NCBI GenBank assembly: GCA_023434145.1
Contig: JAEYTI010000365.1
Location: forward strand, 1,001-65,000
Direction: 5' to 3'
From: Chloroflexota bacterium
GTDB taxonomy: Bacteria; Chloroflexota; Anaerolineae; Anaerolineales; Anaerolineaceae
DNA: 64,000 bases
Positions 26,664-34,595 of the stretch are shown one piece after another (the stretch's first letter is position 1; every line of letters starts with the position of its first letter). Position numbers and translations under genes: made by a program. Under the pieces are notes generated by a model. It made no database searches, was not told the origin of the DNA, and was given only the letters and a program-made list of their open reading frames with translations.

Positions 26664-27560
26664 TTACCAATCTTCCTCTACAGTCCAACTTTCCGCATTG
26701 CCTGATGTATTAGTCAAACGGCGAACGGTGCCATCAGTTGCGAGATGATAGATCTCACGCTTTCCGTCACGTGTTGAGGTAAAGAACAAATTGCCGTTTG
26801 GGCCAGCAGCTGGCCCCCAATTTTCGCCGTACTCAGGCTGCGTCAGACGATTTACCTCGCCTGATGAGAGATCCTTCATGTAAATCTGACGGGAACCATT
26901 ACGATCACAAGTCATATATAGAATACCAGTTGTGCTAAATACAGGCGACCAACAAGGCCCATTTTGAGGATCAGTCAACCGCTTGGTGATATTTTCACTG
27001 CGCGAGAGATAATAGATAGCGGGTTTACCATCGCGGCTTGAAGTGAAATATAAATCACCGTTCGGGCCAACCGCGGGATTCCAACTTTCTCCCTTCATCG
27101 AGTCTGTGATTTGTTTCACCTCACCAGTTTTAGTATCCTGGAAATAGATGCTGCGTACCCCTTTTCGATCACAGGTAAAGAAAAGGAAACCATCAGGACT
27201 CATTACCGGGTCCCAACACCTCCCCTGATCAACTTGTGTAAGAAGAGACAAACTTCCATCAGAAAAGTCTTTGTAATATACCTCCCATTTACCATCTCGA
27301 TTGCAGGAAAGGAAAATCGTTATACTGGTAGTGGAACGGGGAGCAATACATTCACCACGCATGGGGTCGGTCAAGAGAGAAACGCTTCCAGTATCGAGTT
27401 TCTGCATATATACCTGACGGTTGCCGTCACGATTCGAGTTAATCAAGAAGAAGTTGATTGAAGGCTGTTGTGTGCTTATCCCGATATCAAGTGTGCTAGA
27501 GATATCGGGCTGTGTAGATGTTCTTTGCGAACTGATCCACAGGAAGATTGCCACTACCAC
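26664..27560 (-). CDS. TolB-like beta-propeller (PD40 repeat) protein; N-terminus uncertain
   Basis: Six repeats of the type NRDG(N/K)..(V/I)Y. (NRDGNRQVYM, NRDGKWEVYY, DRKGVRSIYF, SRDGKPAIYY, DRNGSRQIYM, TRDGKREIYH). The hydrophobic segment continues upstream of the first usable start codon. Confidence 0.7.
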   Translation of the reverse strand: MVVAIFLWISSQRTSTQPDISSTLDIGISTQQPSINFFLINSNRDGNRQVYMQKLDTGSVSLLTDPMRGECIAPRSTTSITIFLSCNRDGKWEVYYKDFSDGSLSLLTQVDQGRCWDPVMSPDGFLFFTCDRKGVRSIYFQDTKTGEVKQITDSMKGESWNPAVGPNGDLYFTSSRDGKPAIYYLSRSENITKRLTDPQNGPCWSPVFSTTGILYMTCDRNGSRQIYMKDLSSGEVNRLTQPEYGENWGPAAGPNGNLFFTSTRDGKREIYHLATDGTVRRLTNTSGNAESWTVEEDW

Positions 27561-27625
27561 AAAAGTGCAAAAGAACCCCCATTGGTAAGCCGAGTTCGAG
27601 AACAGCAGTCGCTCAATGCCTGACT

Positions 27626-28645
27626 CTATGGGGGCGCTGATCCTTTTTTTTTACCATTGATATACCAACGTTCTAGAGGAACGCCGGTAATCACCCCAAT
27701 AATAAATCCAGAGGTTAGTGCTCTTTCGATGGGATCATAAATTGAAAATAGGGAAAGTATCATGGCCGAGAAGAAGTGCGCCATAATACTGATCAGAGCC
27801 CATTTCCAATATGGCTGAGGACTAGTCCATCTGAGCACTAGAGCTTGGGCACAACCGATCAAGCTCCCTACACATAACGCCCACACGATGGAATCTGCGG
27901 AGAGAAGAACAGCTAAAAGGGTGCCCATTGCCCAAGCTAATACAGTGGCGGCAATCCACCAGCCGGAACGGTAAATCTTGTTTTTGAGAAGGACCCATTG
28001 CCCAATCCCTATAATTAGGCTATTTATGAAAATCATAAGTTCCAGCGATAATGAATTGATATTCATTAGGATGCTAGTACTGATTATGCTGGAAACTGCA
28101 GTAACAATTATCCAAAGCGCCCAAAAACCAGAAGTCTTGGGTTGTAGTCTATATGTTCCACCAACTGTTTCACCTCCGGCATTACTGTTGACTTGAATCC
28201 AGTTGGTAAAGGTATAGGGTTGATCGTCCGCTGGCTCGGGGGCCTTCTCTGTCAGCCGTACTTCAACATCAATCGACTCATTTTCCTTCAAGGCAAACCC
28301 GGTTGGCCCTGAGAAGGCAAGATAGGCTGGGGCCGATGTCTTTACTTCGCCGCGCAACACACCTGTTCCCACATTGGTAATCCTGATCACGGATGGCGAC
28401 CAGTCTCTGAACCGCTCTAATGTGCGGAACACCAAGTGATTTGTCGAAACCTTTAGAACAGGATGCTCTCTGGATGCAGAGCAGACTTCGCAAACAGAAA
28501 CATAATCATAATTTCGAGTACCGCAGTCTCTACATTCCCACATTGATCCAGCCCTCTTAACGGGCATTACTCTGCTTGTGCTACAAACTTCACAAACTGA
28601 AATATGATCTTGATTTCTTGTACCGCAGTCTTTACATTCCCACAC
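27626..28645 (-). CDS. Membrane protein with two N-terminal RanBP2-type zinc fingers
   Basis: 339 aa. WECKDCGTRNQDHISVCEVC and WECRDCGTRNYDYVSVCEVC both fit W-x-C-x2-C-x3-N-x6-C-x2-C. A beta-rich middle domain is followed by multiple C-terminal TM helices. Confidence 0.7.
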   Translation of the reverse strand: MWECKDCGTRNQDHISVCEVCSTSRVMPVKRAGSMWECRDCGTRNYDYVSVCEVCSASREHPVLKVSTNHLVFRTLERFRDWSPSVIRITNVGTGVLRGEVKTSAPAYLAFSGPTGFALKENESIDVEVRLTEKAPEPADDQPYTFTNWIQVNSNAGGETVGGTYRLQPKTSGFWALWIIVTAVSSIISTSILMNINSLSLELMIFINSLIIGIGQWVLLKNKIYRSGWWIAATVLAWAMGTLLAVLLSADSIVWALCVGSLIGCAQALVLRWTSPQPYWKWALISIMAHFFSAMILSLFSIYDPIERALTSGFIIGVITGVPLERWYINGKKKGSAPP

Positions 28646-28666
28646 GATTCACCTCAAATAGGCTGA

Positions 28667-29797
28667 TTAACTTTTGCGAAGGCTGGTCCCTTTCAAGCTG
28701 GTTGAAACTTCCAGGACATGGTCCTTTTCTTCAGCGTCTCCTCCACTGCTTGGGGGGGCAGTTTTCTTCATGGTTAGAGTACCCCTTAACGTACTCCCAG
28801 TTGTAGGTGGAGGAGGATCACGGGGTGGGGGACCACTGTGATCAGATAGTGGAGGTTCCAATGGGCCGGTCTCTAAATGGATTACTTCTTTGCGGTTCTT
28901 TAGACTATCGAAGATCTTCACGATGTCCGGCCGGTGTTTGGGCTGCTGGCGAAGCATGAGGTTTACTAAGTTTTGCAGCCAGCGAGGCAGCGAATCAGAT
29001 GTAATCCGCAGCGTTTCACCATTGAGCACTGCTATATATGGATTTATATATTCAGGGTTGAAAACCGGCATCTTCCCTGTCAGATACTGGCAGAAGATAA
29101 TCCCCAGCGCGAAGATATCAGATTTACAAGTTAGATCTTTGGGCTGGATCTCTTCATCCTCGTTGTAATACAGACCAAGTTCAGGAGAATAGTAGTTCAT
29201 GTCCCCCACCAGTTCATCTCGGTTGAGGGTTGGGCAGCCGGAAAAATAGCTGTCATCAAAGTCAATCAGAGCCGCGACATAAAATTTCGGTGTCTGTTTT
29301 ATGATGACGTTATCTGGTTTTAGGTCACCATGCACCAGGTTAACCTTGTGCAAGATCGAGAGGCTGTGAGTCAGTGTTGTTAGGAGCATGAGCCGCTGAT
29401 CAAATGGCAAGTTGCATATCTGTTCCAGGTTTTGAGCGGCCACATTTACGCGGTGGGCCACCTTATAATATTTTGTGCCTTCGCGAAAAAAGTCTGTGGC
29501 TACTATGAGGTTCCCACCACCAGAATAATCGATCAGCAAATTTTGCACTTGCTTATTCTGGTTTTCAAAAGATAAACAATCCCTATGATTTTTCTCCAGC
29601 TCTAAGGGAGGAATCGTAACCACTTTCCCTCCACAAGTAGATGAAGACTCCAGGTACACAGGCTTAAGGAATCGTTTAATAAAATATTCAGTGCCATTTT
29701 TCCGTGCGAAGGCCCACTCGCAGCGACCGCCGCCCTTATTGGAAAAATTAGTGGTTAGCTCGTATCCGTGAATGACGCTGCCTTTGGAATATCCCAT
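28667..29797 (-). CDS. Ser/Thr protein kinase of a TerY-P triad
   Basis: 376 aa. Catalytic loop VHGDLKPDNVI (HGD rather than HRD), DFD in place of DFG (LIDFDDS), SPE motif. Pro-rich C-terminus. Confidence 0.8.
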   Translation of the reverse strand: MGYSKGSVIHGYELTTNFSNKGGGRCEWAFARKNGTEYFIKRFLKPVYLESSSTCGGKVVTIPPLELEKNHRDCLSFENQNKQVQNLLIDYSGGGNLIVATDFFREGTKYYKVAHRVNVAAQNLEQICNLPFDQRLMLLTTLTHSLSILHKVNLVHGDLKPDNVIIKQTPKFYVAALIDFDDSYFSGCPTLNRDELVGDMNYYSPELGLYYNEDEEIQPKDLTCKSDIFALGIIFCQYLTGKMPVFNPEYINPYIAVLNGETLRITSDSLPRWLQNLVNLMLRQQPKHRPDIVKIFDSLKNRKEVIHLETGPLEPPLSDHSGPPPRDPPPPTTGSTLRGTLTMKKTAPPSSGGDAEEKDHVLEVSTSLKGTSLRKS

Positions 29798-29799
29798 AC

Positions 29800-31185
29800 T
29801 TATTGCCTTCTAAATGTTTTCTCACCCTTGGGCGCACATTTTTCATAGCTTCGTTTATATTCTGCCCATAGAGAAAGCTGTAAATTATGGCTTCTCCGTT
29901 CGGCTGCTTCTAATTCTGCCCGGCTGCGAGTAGCTTTTTCTCTAGCTTCATCCAGAGGGTTTATATACTGCCCCTCCATGGTTTCAAGTCGCTCCTGAAA
30001 AGCTTCGCGGAGGGCGGTGAATTGGGACCAGCCCAAGCCGATGAGCGCCATAGAAGCATCATCGCCCGTGATTTCGGAAATCTTTTGTGACAAGTTTTCC
30101 CGCCATTGACCTTCATCGCTAGCTTCCAACAGTGATTTGAGCACCAGATACTCAAAGTGCATTGGTGTGGGAACGTAATGGAAGCAACCATCTGTAGCAG
30201 TTATCAGTAACAAGGGACCCGCAGTGATTCGGCTGGAGCGGTTTAATGAAACTGGCTGGTCGGCATTAACACAGTTTGAAAGGGGAAAATCAGCCGTAAG
30301 GTTCGCAAATGCATCTACAGACTCCATCAAGTCATCATTGGAAAGCTGCTGGAGCCCTGCATCGGGCGTTAGCATATAACAGCGCGAGTCGCCGGCCCAG
30401 GTGGAAAGAACGTAATAGTAATCACCTGTAGCTGTAGCATTTTCTTGACTGTTGTAAATAATCGCTGCCAGGGTAGTTGGCAGCCGGCGCACAAGGCTGC
30501 TTTTTAACTGCGACTTGGGTGCCTGGTACCTATTAACTGTCGCTTGAATGCTGTTGGTCAAATCATCTTTAAGGCGGTCGACAAAGGAGATTGCCTCTTC
30601 TTGGGAAAAAGAATTGCGCGCCCAGAAATTTTTCACTACCTCGCAAGCAAGCCGGGAGCCCAAGTAGGCACCTGTTCTGGGTTGACCTTCGGTGTCTAAA
30701 TAGGTGGCAGCGCCAGACCCCCCCATTCCGTCAAACACAGCCAAAAGGCCCGCACCGCCCCGTACTTCCAAGATCGGGTAGGCGTCTTCTCCATGTCCGG
30801 TAGTTTTCTCCGACCAAACCGTTAGGTAAATCGGGACCCGCATGGCTGGTTGCCTGTGCGATGGTGATGGCGGAAGTTCTCCGGGCACAAACCAGTCTGT
30901 TGGATTTTCTACCCGAGCAAGAGGAGTTTGTTCAACCATTATCTGGGAAGCGGGAACCTCAATTCCCGCAGAGTGTGGAACGCTCTGCGGGATAGGCTGC
31001 GGAACACGTTCCAGGCGCCGCGCACTTTTTTTGCGGCTGGTTTCTCCCGGTTTTTGCACACTACAGTAACCCATGGGGCTTTTTTTTGCCGATGGTTCAA
31101 GGGGTGGAGGAGTATCTGGAAGATCCTCTTCTACATTCGAGGTCCGGTAAAACCAGAATTTTTTAAGCTTCTCCCAGATTTTCAT
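29800..31185 (-). CDS. PP2C-family protein phosphatase of a TerY-P triad
   Basis: 461 aa. ..GHGEDAY.., LLAVFDGMGGSGAATY and TATDGCFHY blocks. Its stop lies 2 nt before the kinase start. Confidence 0.75.
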   Translation of the reverse strand: MKIWEKLKKFWFYRTSNVEEDLPDTPPPLEPSAKKSPMGYCSVQKPGETSRKKSARRLERVPQPIPQSVPHSAGIEVPASQIMVEQTPLARVENPTDWFVPGELPPSPSHRQPAMRVPIYLTVWSEKTTGHGEDAYPILEVRGGAGLLAVFDGMGGSGAATYLDTEGQPRTGAYLGSRLACEVVKNFWARNSFSQEEAISFVDRLKDDLTNSIQATVNRYQAPKSQLKSSLVRRLPTTLAAIIYNSQENATATGDYYYVLSTWAGDSRCYMLTPDAGLQQLSNDDLMESVDAFANLTADFPLSNCVNADQPVSLNRSSRITAGPLLLITATDGCFHYVPTPMHFEYLVLKSLLEASDEGQWRENLSQKISEITGDDASMALIGLGWSQFTALREAFQERLETMEGQYINPLDEAREKATRSRAELEAAERRSHNLQLSLWAEYKRSYEKCAPKGEKTFRRQ

Positions 31186-31231
31186 GTGCGTTTCACCAGC
31201 TTTTGGACATCAATCATAGTCTTGCAGTGGT

Positions 31232-31915
31232 TTAGATTGAGTTTTGGATAACGTCAAGGATTACTTCATAATCCGTATCGGAAAGGCCCATTCCTGCCTG
31301 TGCCGGGTGGTGAATAGTGTTGTCCCAGTGAGCGCTGATCCATGTCCAGGGTTCACAGTCGGGCGCGAAAAGAATTAGCCGCTTATATGAAGAGTGTACC
31401 AATGGGCTCTGGCCCTGCCACTGGCTGAACAGCTCCCCTATTGAACTCGGGAGGCCTGAAGGATAATTTCCTTTCTTCCCCGTATATTCCAAGGGATGAG
31501 CGGAGGTATCTGTGAACATCACTACCACTTGCCGGCGTTTCGTACCCTCTTTTGCCCAATCGGACTGCAGTGCGTACGAAAGCGCTTCCAATGCACATTC
31601 CGGTTCGTCACCCCCTCCTTCAGCGGTTAATGGACTGACAAATACTTTTAGCTGTTCTTCTTCGCCAGGTAGATCAAAAAAAGGCGATATTTTCATCGGT
31701 TCAACATCTTCGGCGTGGTAATCCCGAAATGCAATTACCTTGACACGAAGATTGGAGATTTTCTTACCCTTCTCCGTGCAGGAACGGATCACATCATTAT
31801 GAAAATTGAGTGCGTTTTTCTTCACTCGATCTATATGTGCGCCCATGCTGCCGGTCACATCTATGCACATGACGATATCTACAGTGTATGTAATGCCCTG
31901 GAACTGTTGTGCCAT
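31232..31915 (-). CDS. TerY-like von Willebrand factor A (vWA) protein of a TerY-P triad
   Basis: Start moved to MAQQFQG (AGGAGA 7 nt upstream; 227 aa). MIDAS-like motif VMCIDVTGSMG. Confidence 0.75.
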   Translation of the reverse strand: MAQQFQGITYTVDIVMCIDVTGSMGAHIDRVKKNALNFHNDVIRSCTEKGKKISNLRVKVIAFRDYHAEDVEPMKISPFFDLPGEEEQLKVFVSPLTAEGGGDEPECALEALSYALQSDWAKEGTKRRQVVVMFTDTSAHPLEYTGKKGNYPSGLPSSIGELFSQWQGQSPLVHSSYKRLILFAPDCEPWTWISAHWDNTIHHPAQAGMGLSDTDYEVILDVIQNSI

Positions 31916-32205
31916 TTTCGTTTCTCCTGAGATGGAATCCGAATAAGTTTCGACGGTCCTTTTTGGACAAGTGAGTGCTGAAGAGAAAACCATGACTGTT
32001 TGGAACGTTACTGGGGTAGGCTCAATAAAACTGTGTCTTTCCGACGGAGAAGACCCTTTTCCCCCTAAACTAATATGTAACAAATGAGATGAAATTCAAG
32101 AATAAGAATACAACTAAATACGATAAGTGACAAGTATTCTTTTGGTCATGTTTTTTGTTTGTAAGGTCTTTTACGAATTTTTAATGCAATAATATTATTC
32201 GTAAC

Positions 32206-32234
32206 TTGTAAAACATCCTACGACTTGTTACAAT
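32206..32234 (+). promoter_or_regulatory. Candidate sigma70-type promoter in the AT-rich divergent intergenic region
   Basis: TTGTAA, a 17-nt spacer, then TACAAT. Other near-consensus hexamers overlap, so the call is tentative. Confidence 0.3.
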
Positions 32235-32365
32235 CCACGTATTCCCATATAAAACTTTTTAACGGGTGAAATTCCAGGGGGGACACACCAGGCATCTATA
32301 TACGCTTACCACATCAAGAATTTTTGTTATGTGTATCTAGTCTTATTAAAAACCGCAGGAGGGAT

Positions 32366-33325
32366 ATGTATATTCGCAGGTTTTTTCTGTTAGCTGTTCT
32401 TGTTTTTTGCCTATCCATTACAGGATGCATTGCCGTTCAATCATTTGATACCGTCATTGAATTGAAACCGGGAGAAGATTGGACGGTGACAATGACGATT
32501 GCCTTTGATCAAACTAGTCTGCAAATGTACGGCGCTGATGTCACTCAGAGCATGAATGAAATGGTCAGCCAGATTGAGCAGGAGCAGGAAGGTGTAGAGG
32601 CATCGTGGGAGCAAGGCAAGATTACCGATGATGGAACGATCCCATATATTATCAGGATAGATGGGAGGGGTATTACCGACCTGGACAATCTTCTCTTCTC
32701 AGGAGAGGGCGGCATTATCCAGCATCAGGTAGATGGCAAGAACCGTATCGATATTTCGATCCCTGCTGGTGTATTTAATGTGGAAGCAAACCAGGTGACG
32801 GTAACACTGAAAGGTGGAAAGATCCTCTCCACTAATGGTGAAAAAGTCAATAACACCACAGTGAAATGGGTGAACCCCGGTGGAAGTCTCAACGTGACAA
32901 TGGAGGAACCCAAGTCCAGCTTACACTGGCTCGTATTTTTACTGATCGCGGCTGTGGTTGGAATAGGGCTCACGGTGGTGGCTGGAGGAGGCATGATGTT
33001 GTTCCTTCGCAGAGGAAAGGCAAAATCCTCTGCGTCGCCGTCTTATCCAGGATACGTACCGTACTCGGCGCCTGCTGGCTCGGCTCCTGAGGCTACTGCT
33101 GCAGCTGCTCCCATTTCTGCTGCCCCTGTGAAAAATCCCACCAGCAGCGGCTTGCGAACGACGATTCCTTCGGCTCATCGAACTGCCCCTTCTGGTACAC
33201 TCCGGTCCGCAGCCCCATTGGCGACGACAAGCGCCCCGGCGACGGAGCAAAAATACTGCCCAAGCTGCGGTACGGCATGGAAGCCTGGTGCGCGGTTCTG
33301 CACCAACTGCGGTTATAAAGGATAA
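32366..33325 (+). CDS. Lipoprotein/TM protein with a C-terminal cytoplasmic zinc ribbon
   Basis: Start moved to MYIRRFFLLAVLVFCLSITGC (AGGAGG RBS; lipobox ITGC). One TM (WLVFLLIAAVVGIGLTVVAGG), a Pro/Ala/Ser-rich tail, then CPSCG..CTNCG. Confidence 0.65.
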   Translation: MYIRRFFLLAVLVFCLSITGCIAVQSFDTVIELKPGEDWTVTMTIAFDQTSLQMYGADVTQSMNEMVSQIEQEQEGVEASWEQGKITDDGTIPYIIRIDGRGITDLDNLLFSGEGGIIQHQVDGKNRIDISIPAGVFNVEANQVTVTLKGGKILSTNGEKVNNTTVKWVNPGGSLNVTMEEPKSSLHWLVFLLIAAVVGIGLTVVAGGGMMLFLRRGKAKSSASPSYPGYVPYSAPAGSAPEATAAAAPISAAPVKNPTSSGLRTTIPSAHRTAPSGTLRSAAPLATTSAPATEQKYCPSCGTAWKPGARFCTNCGYKG

Positions 33326-33385
33326 AAAATCCCATAATGAGGCACATTTAATCAGGATCGAACCCCAACATTCAGGAGAAGCATT

Positions 33386-34525
33386 ATGATCTGCTCAAAG
33401 TGTGGTGTAGAAAATACCGGCGATTCGCGATTTTGTATGAGCTGTGGTTCACCACTCGCGGCTGCGCCAGCAGGGTCAACAGGCCACTCCACTGGAGCCA
33501 CCCCGGCATCCAGCGGTTCTTCAGGGTTACGTGGGACGATGGGAGGAGCTCGGCCCGTTGCTAGCGGCGGACCATCTGCCAGTATGCCTCCCTATACCAC
33601 CACCAGTACCCCGCCGTTTTCTACTGGCGGGGCAGGGAGTGCGCCAACCCCGCCGCCCCCTAGCATGTCGGTGCCCCGGACGCCAGCGCCCGCAGCCGGC
33701 GGAGTATCGATACGAAGCCACTCAGCGCCGACCCCTGCCCCTGCGGCCGCTTCCGCCCCTCACTCAGGGATATACGTACCTGGTTCCTCGTTTTCCACCG
33801 AATCTGGCGTGCAGACGTTTAATATTTGGGGTCCCTTCGCTGGATTTGGCACCCGCCGGCGCCACCAGGGCTGGTTGATGGATAACAGAGGCGAATACAC
33901 CCAGACACTCATAGAAAAGGTCAACACTAAGTTTGCTGAACGCTCTGTGCCCGATGCACAGATCCGCTACGAATACCTGACTGCAAAAGGGCTGGTAGTG
34001 GAACGACGGCCATATTTTATCCTCAGTCGCAACTTAGTAAGTATGGGCCTATATATCAGCCATTTTGGCAAAGATCTGTTCGTATCCATCGCTTCCTATT
34101 TAAAGCCGCCCATTAGCAACCTGCGCGTGGTGCTGCTGGGGGTGATGCTGCTCTTCGCCCTGTATACCAATATGATCCTCCCCTCGGTGGTCAGCAGTCA
34201 GCTCAACGGGCTGGCCGGAGGAATGTTTGGCGGTCCCGCCCCAGATTTGAACGGCGTGATGACCCTGCTGTGCATCTTTGGCCCACTGGGAGTGCTGAAT
34301 AACCTGGCGCTGGTCATTCTGTTCTGGTACAGCGTCTACAAATTGCTGACGGAGAAAGACTTCTTGGCGGCCCTCCGTACCCAGCCAAACGAATTCAATG
34401 AGGATGACTTGATGGCGATGGAAAAGGCGGTTGAGCAGACCGTGCGCATTTCCATCGACGAGATTGGCTTAGACCCCTCCGACCTGAAGCCGATTGGCTC
34501 GGGAATGGAACGGCGCTTGATTTAA
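33386..34525 (+). CDS. N-terminal zinc ribbon, disordered Pro/Ala/Ser linker and C-terminal membrane domain
   Basis: 379 aa. MICSKCGVENTGDSRFCMSCG, a ~110-aa low-complexity linker, and two to three TM helices near the C-terminus. Confidence 0.65.
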   Translation: MICSKCGVENTGDSRFCMSCGSPLAAAPAGSTGHSTGATPASSGSSGLRGTMGGARPVASGGPSASMPPYTTTSTPPFSTGGAGSAPTPPPPSMSVPRTPAPAAGGVSIRSHSAPTPAPAAASAPHSGIYVPGSSFSTESGVQTFNIWGPFAGFGTRRRHQGWLMDNRGEYTQTLIEKVNTKFAERSVPDAQIRYEYLTAKGLVVERRPYFILSRNLVSMGLYISHFGKDLFVSIASYLKPPISNLRVVLLGVMLLFALYTNMILPSVVSSQLNGLAGGMFGGPAPDLNGVMTLLCIFGPLGVLNNLALVILFWYSVYKLLTEKDFLAALRTQPNEFNEDDLMAMEKAVEQTVRISIDEIGLDPSDLKPIGSGMERRLI

Positions 34526-34538
34526 ATGAAATTCCAAT

Positions 34539-34570
34539 CGAGGCTGGACATACCGCTCTGTCCAGCCTCG
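34539..34570. other. Perfect 12-bp stem-loop (CGAGGCTGGACA, 8-nt loop, TGTCCAGCCTCG) upstream of the ATPase gene; possible terminator or processing site without a U-tract
   Basis: Read directly from the sequence. Confidence 0.4.
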
Positions 34571-34595
34571 AACTGAAACAGGGAAAAAATCAACT

